Below are positions 1-7,937 of a stretch of 18,373 bases of DNA, piece by piece (position 1 is the first letter of the stretch; every line of letters begins with the position of its first letter). The stretch is taken from contig JBHIEG010000031.1 of NCBI GenBank assembly GCA_046760505.1, positions 1 to 18,373 of the forward strand, in the 5' to 3' direction. A model generated the notes under the pieces. That model was not told the DNA's origin. It saw only the letters and a list, made by a program, of their open reading frames with translations, and did no database searches. The position numbers and the translations under genes are program-made. This stretch comes from Candidatus Hydrothermarchaeota archaeon (lineage in GTDB: Archaea; CAYFZR01).

Positions 1-245
1 ACTAATTCTGCTGGCTTTACCGCCATGCTTCCTATCTTAGCGGCTATGTCTGCTGCACTTGCTACATCAGCTGCTGGCGCTCCTGAGCCTACAACTATTT
101 CGCTGGTTATTGCTCCGTCCGTTACGAATGGGAATCCTGCTACGTTTCCTACTACTTGAACATCCTGTGCTGCTACTGCTCCAGCGAGTGTGGCACCCAT
201 CATCAGGGCTCCGGATAGTACTGCACCTACTTTCCTTAGCCTCAT
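1..245 (-). CDS. S-layer protein, N-terminal part (S_layer_N type; runs off the left end of the window)
   Basis: Manual translation from ATG at 245 gives MRLRKVGAVLSGALMMGATLAGAVAAQDVQVVGNVAGFPFVTDGAITSEIVVGSGAPAADVASAADIAAKIGSMAVKPAEL, with no stop before the window edge. It has a Sec signal peptide ending AVAA and the IVVG...A..DV.SAADIA.KIG motif typical of Thermococcales/Methanococcales S-layer proteins. A strong SD (AAAGGAGGT) lies upstream. Absent from the ORF track, presumably because it is truncated. Confidence 0.9.
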   Translation of the reverse strand, partial: MRLRKVGAVLSGALMMGATLAGAVAAQDVQVVGNVAGFPFVTDGAITSEIVVGSGAPAADVASAADIAAKIGSMAVKPAEL

Positions 246-250
246 CTCAA

Positions 251-312
251 ACCTCCTTTTGTTTTGTGCACTGAAGATATGAATCAGGGAGCATATATAG
301 GTTTTCATCGAA
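251..312 (-). promoter_or_regulatory. S-layer gene promoter (BRE + TATA) and Shine-Dalgarno
   Basis: The minus strand reads CGATGAAAAC-CTATATAT (purine-rich BRE, then a TATA box at 300-293). GGAGGT lies at 256-251, 5 nt before the ATG. Confidence 0.7.
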
Positions 313-640
313 ACTTTTCATTTGAAATTTTTAAAACAGTTTTAGTAAGCCTTTTTGTCTGAATTAATATTTTTAATGGTTATTATTGTTTCATTATAAT
401 AATAAACGCTTAAAATCATAAAAAAAGGTCTTATGTTCCTTATTTTAATAATTTTTGCGTCTGACTTGTGGCTGAAACCTTTTCACGTCAGACTTTTCAT
501 CTTTTAATCACCTGTAATTGTTTAGATATTTAAAAAAAGTTTTTTTAACAGTTTTTAATCAAAAATATTCGAGAATAATGCTTGCACACTTTTTATTGCC
601 TCTCAGACAATCTTTTTTAATTAAAAATTATGATGTTTTA

Positions 641-1480
641 TCAACAGTTGCATGTGGATATGGGTCTATCAGGGTTTAAGTTTTCTAAGAACTCAGGATC
701 TCCTGAGGAGTATTTGCTTAATACTATTATTTTACCTGACATTCGATCGTACCTTAGTTTGTAGTACTCTCCATTGGTTGAGTATCCTTCAAAATAAAAA
801 TACCTCCCTGTTACCTCGTATTTTGAAATTCTCATGTCGAATTCTTTCTCTGCAATCTTCATTGCCTCTGTAATGTTATGACATTTTCTGGTTTCTAAAA
901 AATCATAGAGATTCTCTGAATTAAATCCAGCGGACAATAATTTCATCCTTACTCTTTCATTTGTAGCTAGGAAATTTGCGTTTTTGGAATAATACTTTAG
1001 GGTATTTAAAATCGTTGGAGAAAGATTATCTGTCCTTATAGCGATTACCGGCGAATTTAAATCCCTTGCATGTTTTAAGACGTTTTCATTTGTATATTCT
1101 TCCCAGTCGGTTATTATTAAATGCTTTGCATAGGGATACATGCTCCTTGAAAAAAAAGCAGAGGTCTCGCTTCTTGTAGCGCCCCATATTCTGATAGGAA
1201 CTAAGCCAGTTATTTTGTATACTTCTCTCTCAAGAGAATAGGGCAGTACAGCAGGACCTCCAACGATGTATATCCTATCAAGGATATTTTCTCTTTTCAA
1301 TTGCAATAAGAGTTTATTTTGTTGCGCATTCAATCCTTCTTTTACTACTATAACTTTATCTTTCTCGGAAGCATGAATATTGACGTAAGTGGAATCAATG
1401 GGATTTGTTATATATAGCGAGCCATAGGATATGCTGATGGACAACACGGAGATTAAGAGTAGAAGAAAAACTTTTTTCAC
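641..1480 (-). CDS. Secreted cell-wall-binding-repeat-2 (CW_binding_2)-like protein with a C-terminal PepSY-like segment
   Basis: The likely start is GTG at 1480 (MKKVFLLLLISVLS signal peptide, preceded by GGAGGT) rather than 1552, which overlaps the upstream gene. IYIVGGPAVLP...RIWGATRSETS matches the CWB2 pattern, and a degenerate second unit (SPVIAIRTDNLSPTILNTL) follows. The C-terminal ITEAMKIAEKEF...YYKLRYDRMSGKII resembles PepSY. Confidence 0.7.
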   Translation of the reverse strand: MKKVFLLLLISVLSISISYGSLYITNPIDSTYVNIHASEKDKVIVVKEGLNAQQNKLLLQLKRENILDRIYIVGGPAVLPYSLEREVYKITGLVPIRIWGATRSETSAFFSRSMYPYAKHLIITDWEEYTNENVLKHARDLNSPVIAIRTDNLSPTILNTLKYYSKNANFLATNERVRMKLLSAGFNSENLYDFLETRKCHNITEAMKIAEKEFDMRISKYEVTGRYFYFEGYSTNGEYYKLRYDRMSGKIIVLSKYSSGDPEFLENLNPDRPISTCNC

Positions 1481-1484
1481 AGAC

Positions 1485-3362
1485 TTACCTCCTGAACTGA
1501 TATCTCCTCGGAGTATGTCTTCTTCTTGGTTTTTTAGTCTTTTGCTTTTCATGTAAAAATAATGCGGTTGCTCCCAGTATCAACGCTAGCACCAATCCTG
1601 CTAAAATCCATGAAATATCCTTTAGAAATGCTATTATTCTGCTCAAAAAAGGCTTTTCTTTGGGAAGGACATGTAAGGGAATGCTAGAACTTAAAGCAGT
1701 ATACTCATTGCCCTCATCATCGCTGCATCTTATTTTGGCAGCAGGAAGAGTTATATTTCCTTCTTCCATGGGCATTACCTTATAAGAAAAAGTCTTCTCG
1801 CTTTTAGGAGGTAAAAGATCAGTTCTCCACTCTATCTGACCCTCAACCAGTTTTAGAGAGGGGGGAATCGTATCCGTTACATATATTTCTGAGGCTGGAC
1901 CCTCTCCTATATTTTCTATTTTTATTGTGACCAGATTTATGCCTCCTACCTCAATGGGATTTTTTTGAATGGTTTTATAAATTTTAATTTCTGGAGGGTT
2001 ACTCTTTACCACTATATCAATTGAATTTGATTTTGTTTCTCGTATTCTACCCAAATTATCTCTGTAAGAGAGTGAAGAAGCATTCAAAACATATTTCCCT
2101 GCCTTAATTCCCTTCAATTTGTATTCATATGACTTTGTTTCTCCTGGTTTTATTTCTTGGAAAGTATGGATGAGATTTCCAGAAACGAGAACAAAACCTG
2201 CTGGAACAGAATCTGCAATCTGAATGTGAGTTACAGTTATATCTCCTGTATTTTTTATCTCATTTTTTATCGTTACTACTCCGTCTTCATCTATTATATG
2301 CCTGTCAGCACTCTTTATTGCTTCCACTGAGATCTCTCCGGTTACCGTTATCTTTACTTCCTCTGATTCTATATCGTAGTTCTTTCCTCTCGGATCTGAG
2401 AATCTCACCTTAACAGGCTCTATGGTAAATGTTCCCACCTCTTTCGTCTTTATTTCATAGGTTATCTCTTCCTCTCCACCCGGAGGAATAGATTTTCCGT
2501 TCGGCCAGACGGGCTTGGTTATATAATCAAGCCCTTCTGGTATTTCTCCGGTTACTCTTAGATTTAGAGCCTCTTCGTTTCCCTGATTTTTAATTTTAAC
2601 TTTTATTTCGACTGTATCGCCCAATTTTACGTTTCTATCACTTACGTCCATAATTACACTTATATCAGGGGCCTTGACAATTTGCTTTGCGGTCTCAGGC
2701 TTGGAGGAAAATATTCTTATCAGTGCCTTTCCTGGTCTAACATCTACTAAATTTACGGCAAAATCCTCTCGCTTAAAAAACTCTTCATTTCCTAACTCTA
2801 AAACGAATGTGTATTCCTTTCCTGCTTTTAGGATCTCAAACATCGCTCGCTTTGATTCATTTAATGCGCTAGTCATCTTAAGCCTTATCTCGTTCTCGCT
2901 TCTCTCTAGCCTAATGTACTCTCCCGTCGTTCTGTAATGAGTAAGCCAGGCATCGTATATCTTGTTGTACTTAGTTGGAGGATTCCTTGAGTCGTACTGT
3001 ATCTTAACAGATTTATTCCCTGCTTCATATGTGAGAAAAGCGGGATGCAACTTTAACACAGGAGTATAAACACCGCATACGAGATCTTCATCTGTAAATT
3101 CATCCGTTGTATCGTAAAATTCCCCTATGTCTAATTTTACCTCATCACAATCAGAAACTCTTACATTATCGTAGTAAACCAAAAATTCGATTTTCTCATC
3201 CTCTATATCCACATCATTTACATAAACTACCCAGTCTTTGGTAACGCTACCGAATGCAAGCAGATCACCTTCAACTACCTCTATCTCATCTAATTCTGCG
3301 GCTTTGGATAATGTGATGCATGTAAGTAATAGAAAAATGATAAGGGCAAGTTTTCTTTGCAA
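1485..3362 (-). CDS. Membrane-anchored cell-surface protein with three tandem Ig-like (DUF11/BatD/COG1361-like) domains
   Basis: TTG start with GGAGG upstream and an N-terminal signal peptide. Three ~110-aa repeats carry the pattern K...G..V.I...I.N.G...A..+.+.D.+P.G...+.G...+.PG....+.Y.+.....G.+.+. A C-terminal TM helix (WILAGLVLALILGATALFL) is followed by a basic tail. Confidence 0.8.
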   Translation of the reverse strand: MQRKLALIIFLLLTCITLSKAAELDEIEVVEGDLLAFGSVTKDWVVYVNDVDIEDEKIEFLVYYDNVRVSDCDEVKLDIGEFYDTTDEFTDEDLVCGVYTPVLKLHPAFLTYEAGNKSVKIQYDSRNPPTKYNKIYDAWLTHYRTTGEYIRLERSENEIRLKMTSALNESKRAMFEILKAGKEYTFVLELGNEEFFKREDFAVNLVDVRPGKALIRIFSSKPETAKQIVKAPDISVIMDVSDRNVKLGDTVEIKVKIKNQGNEEALNLRVTGEIPEGLDYITKPVWPNGKSIPPGGEEEITYEIKTKEVGTFTIEPVKVRFSDPRGKNYDIESEEVKITVTGEISVEAIKSADRHIIDEDGVVTIKNEIKNTGDITVTHIQIADSVPAGFVLVSGNLIHTFQEIKPGETKSYEYKLKGIKAGKYVLNASSLSYRDNLGRIRETKSNSIDIVVKSNPPEIKIYKTIQKNPIEVGGINLVTIKIENIGEGPASEIYVTDTIPPSLKLVEGQIEWRTDLLPPKSEKTFSYKVMPMEEGNITLPAAKIRCSDDEGNEYTALSSSIPLHVLPKEKPFLSRIIAFLKDISWILAGLVLALILGATALFLHEKQKTKKPRRRHTPRRYQFRR

Positions 3363-3404
3363 ACCTCTTCCTCCAAACGCAAGTTTGACAAGTTAAAAGA
3401 CTGG

Positions 3405-3451
3405 CGATATTTATATATATGTTTGGGGACTGGAGATAACAAAGCGGTGAT
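3405..3451. promoter_or_regulatory. Divergent promoter region with a TATA tract readable on both strands
   Basis: TTTATATATAT at 3410-3420 sits between divergent starts at 3362 (-) and 3455 (+). SD GCGGTGAT at 3444-3451 serves the plus gene. Confidence 0.55.
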
Positions 3452-3454
3452 CGA

Positions 3455-4693
3455 ATGAGAAGGTTTATAGTTTTAATTATCATCGCGGGATTGGTGTGTA
3501 TAAGCACCTCTCAGAATGTATCCGAATTAAATATTTCAATAGAGAATATTACGGTCAAGCCCGTCTTGATAAAGGCTTTTATCAACTATAAATGTCATGC
3601 TTGCACGTCAAAAATACCTGTTTTTGAAAGTATAAAGGAGATTTACAAAGGACTTGTTGAAGTTGAAGAACTCGATTCCAATGTTTATTATGAAGAGGCA
3701 AGGAGCTATGGTCTCGAGGGAACCGGCGTAGTTGTAGATGGGGAAATCGTTTTTAAGAGCCTTATAACTCCAACCATAGAGGAGGTGCGCAAGAAATTAT
3801 TCGAAATAGTGGACGAAAAATTATCTAAAACCCAGGAGAACTTCGCCGTTTTGGATAAAAGAGCAGAAGCTCACCTAAAGATGGCAAAGGAAAGCATAGA
3901 TGAGGCAGAAAAAGAAGGAATAGACACAAGAGAAGTATTAGAAATATACATACTGGCCAGTTTGCAGCTAGATAATGCGAGAGAACTTCTCAACAACAAA
4001 CAGTACAGCGATGCGGTAAATCAATTTAAAGCATCTATAGAGAGTTCAAAAAGAGCCGAGCAAGCGGTTTACAACTTAAGACTGGTAAGAGAGGCCGAGA
4101 CAAAAATACAGGAGGCTGAAAACCTTACAAAAGGAGTGGAAGAACTCTTTTCTTCAATTGATTTAAGCGAAAAGAAAGCAATAGATGCAATGATACTGTT
4201 AAATCAGTCTTTGTTATTTTTAAAAGAGGCAAAAGATGCTTATCAAAACAAAGACTATAAAACTGCTATAGAAAAGGCAAAAGAATCTTACAAAGCTGCT
4301 TCAATATCAGGTCAGCACGTCTTGAATATTCTTGCAAGAGAAGCAGCAGAAGAAAAACTGGATAATGCAAGAAATAAGTTTGAAGAAGCGAAGGAAGCAT
4401 ATGAAGAGATGTTATCAAGTGGAGGAGAATCTGAGCTGGCGTATGAGAAGATAAACACCGCTCAGTCTCTGATCAAGAATGCGGAAGAATCCTTCAAATT
4501 AGGTTCTTACTCTGTCGCTGGAGAACTGGCTGAAAAATCGGTTGAATACAGTGAAGATGCCAAAAAGATATCCGAAAAAGTAAAGGAAGAGGCTAAAAAG
4601 AGAAAAAATAAAATTTATGGTGTTTTTGGTTTAGTTGTTATCATTTTAATTATGGGAGGCGTTTTGTACTACAAAGGTTACCTGAAAAAATAA
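3455..4693 (+). CDS. Membrane-anchored extracellular thioredoxin-like (CxxC) protein with a helical-repeat stalk
   Basis: Signal peptide, then three N-glycosylation sequons (NVS, NIS, NIT), then a Trx-like segment FINYKCHAC...VEVEELD...EEARSYG...VVVDGEIVF. Three Ala-rich helical repeats follow, then a C-terminal TM helix (IYGVFGLVVIILIMGGVLYY) and a Lys tail. Confidence 0.65.
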   Translation: MRRFIVLIIIAGLVCISTSQNVSELNISIENITVKPVLIKAFINYKCHACTSKIPVFESIKEIYKGLVEVEELDSNVYYEEARSYGLEGTGVVVDGEIVFKSLITPTIEEVRKKLFEIVDEKLSKTQENFAVLDKRAEAHLKMAKESIDEAEKEGIDTREVLEIYILASLQLDNARELLNNKQYSDAVNQFKASIESSKRAEQAVYNLRLVREAETKIQEAENLTKGVEELFSSIDLSEKKAIDAMILLNQSLLFLKEAKDAYQNKDYKTAIEKAKESYKAASISGQHVLNILAREAAEEKLDNARNKFEEAKEAYEEMLSSGGESELAYEKINTAQSLIKNAEESFKLGSYSVAGELAEKSVEYSEDAKKISEKVKEEAKKRKNKIYGVFGLVVIILIMGGVLYYKGYLKK

Positions 4694-5959
4694 CTACCTC
4701 AAGTATTCTATTAAATCATCCAATGACAATTTTATTTGCTTCCCACTCCTCATGTCCCTTAGCGTATATTTTTCCTCTTCAACTTCTTCCTCACCCACTA
4801 TCAGCACATATGGAATGCCCAAAGAATCCGCGTAACTCAAGTTTTTGGACAGTTTTCTGTTCATTAGATCAAACGAAGACGAAATTTTATTTTTTCTGAG
4901 ATTTTGAGTTATTTTTATTATTAGTTCTTTTGATACGTCTCCTACCGGGGCGATGAATACCCTGACCGGAGGAGAAACAGGTATTTCTACATTCTCTTTT
5001 TCTAAAGCATTGATTATTCTATCGAATCCGAAGGCGAAACCAGTTGTTCCTGTTTTCTCTCCACCAAACATCTCAGAGAGTTCATATGTTCCTCCTCCAC
5101 ATATCTGGCTTTGGGCTCCGAGTTTTCTGTGATATATCTCGAATACCATTCCTGTATAATAGTCTAAGCCCCTTGCAATACCTAGATCTACCTTAAAATC
5201 TCTTAGACCAAATATCCTCAATTTTTCAACCAGTTCTTCGAGATAGTTTACCGATGAAATAGATCGAGAATCTCTCAGAATCTCTTTTGCCTTTCTAATA
5301 ACCGATTCTGGATCTCCCTTCAGATCTATTATTGAATAGACAGTATCTTTCCTAATGGAAAGATCTTTTAGATAATCATCTAATGCATCAAAATCTCCCT
5401 TGTCTATTAGACCCATTATCCTGTTCTGATGTTTTTCACCAACGCCATTTTCTTCCAGTACGTTTCTCAAAACGCCTAAATGTCCAACAGATAATTCAAA
5501 ATCTTTCAGAGACAATCTCATTAAGGAATCCACTGCCATTGTGATGACTTCTGCCTCTGCATCTATCTCAGAGAATCCGATGCATTCGGCGCCATATTGC
5601 CAGAATTCTCTAAATCTACCTGCTTGAGGTCTTTCGTATCTAAAACAATTGCCAAAATAAGATATCTTTAAGGGTTTTGGATAACTCTGCAACTCGTTTA
5701 CATAGAATCTTATTACGGGGGCAGTTAGTTCTGGTCTTAGAACAAGATCTCTTCCTCCCCGATCTTTAAATGTATACATGGAATCCCTTATCTCATCTCC
5801 TGACTTTATTAGGAAGAGCTCCAGATGTTCAAACGTAGGCGTCATTATTTCTCTGTATCCGTAGCTTTCAAAGCATTCCTTGATTATTTTTTTGACAAAT
5901 TCTCTCTTTTGCATATCTATTTCATTGAAGTCTCTTGTCCCTCTTGGACGGTGTATCAT
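4694..5959 (-). CDS. hisS: Histidine--tRNA ligase
   Basis: PRGTRDF, TPTFEH, LRPELTAP, FRYERPQAGRFREFWQ, ARGLDYYTG, CGGGTY, GFAFGFDR and a C-terminal anticodon-binding domain. Confidence 0.98.
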   Translation of the reverse strand: MIHRPRGTRDFNEIDMQKREFVKKIIKECFESYGYREIMTPTFEHLELFLIKSGDEIRDSMYTFKDRGGRDLVLRPELTAPVIRFYVNELQSYPKPLKISYFGNCFRYERPQAGRFREFWQYGAECIGFSEIDAEAEVITMAVDSLMRLSLKDFELSVGHLGVLRNVLEENGVGEKHQNRIMGLIDKGDFDALDDYLKDLSIRKDTVYSIIDLKGDPESVIRKAKEILRDSRSISSVNYLEELVEKLRIFGLRDFKVDLGIARGLDYYTGMVFEIYHRKLGAQSQICGGGTYELSEMFGGEKTGTTGFAFGFDRIINALEKENVEIPVSPPVRVFIAPVGDVSKELIIKITQNLRKNKISSSFDLMNRKLSKNLSYADSLGIPYVLIVGEEEVEEEKYTLRDMRSGKQIKLSLDDLIEYLR

Positions 5960-5960
5960 A

Positions 5961-6017
5961 ATCCCACCTGTGCAAGTTTAAACTTTATATACATGTATAA
6001 AAGCCTTATCTTGGGAT
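5961..6017. promoter_or_regulatory. Compact divergent hisS/HD promoter with palindromes
   Basis: Plus-strand TTTATATA at 5984-5991 and minus-strand TTTTATAC at 6002-5995. Perfect palindromes AAGTTTAAACTT (5974-5985) and TATACATGTATA (5988-5999). Confidence 0.55.
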
Positions 6018-6022
6018 GAAAA

Positions 6023-7240
6023 TTGAAAACTGTGATAAGAGATCCCATACACGGTGATTTAAAACTCTCAAGCCTCGAATCCTCACTTATAGATCTTCCT
6101 TCTTTTCAGAGACTAAGATTCATAAGACAACTAGGGGCTACCTATCTGGTCTATCCGGGAGCAAATCATAACAGATTCGAGCATTCTCTTGGGAGCATGC
6201 ATCTAGCAGGCAGGATTATGAATGAACTCAGGATAAGAGGATATTTTTCTTTATTTGAGGAAGAATTACTTAGAATTGCTTCTCTTCTTCATGACATTGG
6301 ACACGGTCCGCTCTCGCATGTCTCGGAGAGAGCCACCAATATGAGGCATGAGGAAATTTCAGCTTCCTTAATAGAGTCCACAGAGATATCGGATATACTT
6401 ATAGAAAACGGGATATCACCCAGGAAGATTTCAGATCTTATAAGGGGAATAAGCGAGCATTCTATTCTTGTAAGTCTCATTACAGGAGAGTTGGACGTAG
6501 ACAGGATGGATTATCTTGTAAGAGATGCCTATTATTCAGGAGTAGCCTATGGAATAATAGATTTGGATAGAATAATACAGACAATAGATGTGGTTGAGAT
6601 AGGAAACGAACAGCATCTTATAATAAATGAGGGCGGTATACAAGCGGCCGAGGCAATGCTTGTAGCAAGAGATCTGATGTATCCAACCGTTTATAATCAC
6701 CATACCAAGCGTATAGCGGAGGAAATGCTCATAAGAGCAATAAAAAGATGTCTGGAAAGTGAAAAGATTTCTTCCCTTGATTTCATGAGAATGGATGATT
6801 ATGAGTTTTTCAATCTTTTAAATAACACTGATGGATACCCTAAAGATATATTTTTAAGATTTAAGAATAGAAATCTTTTCAAAAGAGTCATAACAAAGAG
6901 ATGGACTGATCTGGAAGAATCTAGTAGAGAGTGGTTGATAAATGAAGTAGGAAACGACGAAAGAAAACACCTACAGCTAGAGGAGGAGATTGCAGGAAAA
7001 TGCGGTCTGGAAAACGGTCTCGTCTTAATAGATGTGCCACTTCCTCCACCAATCGAGGAAATGAAGATTTCAATAAAGTACAGGAAAAACGACGACTGGA
7101 TAATAACCGACCTTGCAGATATATCTCCTCTGGCAAAGTCTTTGCAAAAGACCTACATCTCAAGGTGGATGATGGGAGTATATACTCCAAAGGAACATGT
7201 AGAAAGGGTGAGAAGCAAGATCAAAAAGATTCTATTTTAA
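6023..7240 (+). CDS. HD-domain phosphohydrolase, COG1078/SAMHD1-like (putative dNTP triphosphohydrolase)
   Basis: IRDPIHG, FQRLRFIRQLG, YPGANHNRFEHSLG, LLHDIGHGPLSH, DVDRMDYLVRD, MYPTVYNH. TTG start. Confidence 0.92.
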   Translation: MKTVIRDPIHGDLKLSSLESSLIDLPSFQRLRFIRQLGATYLVYPGANHNRFEHSLGSMHLAGRIMNELRIRGYFSLFEEELLRIASLLHDIGHGPLSHVSERATNMRHEEISASLIESTEISDILIENGISPRKISDLIRGISEHSILVSLITGELDVDRMDYLVRDAYYSGVAYGIIDLDRIIQTIDVVEIGNEQHLIINEGGIQAAEAMLVARDLMYPTVYNHHTKRIAEEMLIRAIKRCLESEKISSLDFMRMDDYEFFNLLNNTDGYPKDIFLRFKNRNLFKRVITKRWTDLEESSREWLINEVGNDERKHLQLEEEIAGKCGLENGLVLIDVPLPPPIEEMKISIKYRKNDDWIITDLADISPLAKSLQKTYISRWMMGVYTPKEHVERVRSKIKKILF

Positions 7241-7602
7241 CCTAATTTCCTTATCCTTTTTATTTTCTCTATTAGAGAAGCTACAGAGTCCATTTTTTCA
7301 ATGATATCGTCAGCGTTTTTTATATCTCCTTCAATTAGTTTTTTGCTCAGTTTATCCAGAAGACTCCACAGGCTCTTTTCGATTTCTGTTTCCGTATTAA
7401 CTTCAGTTTTAACTCCAGTTTTAACCTCAATTTTTTCCGGTTTTTCTTCTTCTTTGAATGCATATTTTTTATCGCAAGAAGGACATATAACCTCGCCATT
7501 CAAATCAAATAAAGGCACTTTACAATCCTTACAGTGGTAACCAAGCATCTTGCCTCCTGCAAGCAGTAACTTTGCCATGTTATCTATGCCCTTATCTTTC
7601 AT
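7237..7602 (-). CDS. UPF0148 / Sjogren syndrome-scleroderma autoantigen 1 (Auto_anti-p27) family zinc-finger protein
   Basis: MAKLLLAGGKMLGYHCKDCKVPLF...GEVICPSC C4 motif followed by a helical C-terminus. Confidence 0.88.
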   Translation of the reverse strand: MKDKGIDNMAKLLLAGGKMLGYHCKDCKVPLFDLNGEVICPSCDKKYAFKEEEKPEKIEVKTGVKTEVNTETEIEKSLWSLLDKLSKKLIEGDIKNADDIIEKMDSVASLIEKIKRIRKLG

Positions 7603-7663
7603 TCTTATCGAAAGGTTTTAGTGATTTGATGATTTATATCTGATTTGGTACATGGAGGGAGGT

Positions 7664-7924
7664 ATGATGGATCCCCAAAAGAAACTTGAACATTGCGTTG
7701 AATCACTGACCAGAATAATCGAAGACACATCTGTTCCCAGAAACATAAGGAGAGCTGCAGATGAGGCAAGAAGCAAATTAATGTCCAAAGAAGGAACTCC
7801 CACGATAAGGGCAAGTTCTGCGATTTCTATATTGGATGAGGTAAGCAACGACCCAAACATACCTGTTCATGCCAGAACCCTTGTATGGAGTATAATGAGC
7901 GAACTAGAGACGGTAACTGACTAA
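7664..7924 (+). CDS. UPF0147 family protein
   Basis: [17 protein letters not shown]...[34 protein letters not shown] is the UPF0147 signature. The start is likely 7664 or 7667, after GGAGGGAGGT, rather than 7652. Confidence 0.92.
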   Translation: MMDPQKKLEHCVESLTRIIEDTSVPRNIRRAADEARSKLMSKEGTPTIRASSAISILDEVSNDPNIPVHARTLVWSIMSELETVTD

Positions 7925-7937
7925 AGAGAGTAATTGG

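Noticed and set aside
59-274. 71-aa plus-strand ORF
   Set aside because: It is antisense to the S-layer gene 5' end, which has an SD, a promoter and a recognisable family motif.
1481-1552. N-terminal extension of the 303-aa ORF
   Set aside because: It overlaps the upstream gene. GTG 1480 has an SD and begins a clean signal peptide.
2674-3507. Short ORFs 2674-2937 (+) and 3286-3507 (-), also 652-873 (+)
   Set aside because: They overlap better-supported genes or the promoter and have no recognisable motifs.
3593-3607. CHAC (and CDNC, CTIC elsewhere) as c-type heme sites
   Set aside because: None is followed by His, so none is CxxCH.
6023-7240. HD protein as Cas3-HD or a defence-island dNTPase
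   Set aside because: It has ordinary COG1078 motifs, housekeeping neighbours, and no cas genes or arrays.
5825-7860. Small alternative ORFs around hisS, HD, UPF0148 and UPF0147
   Set aside because: These are shadow frames of well-conserved genes.
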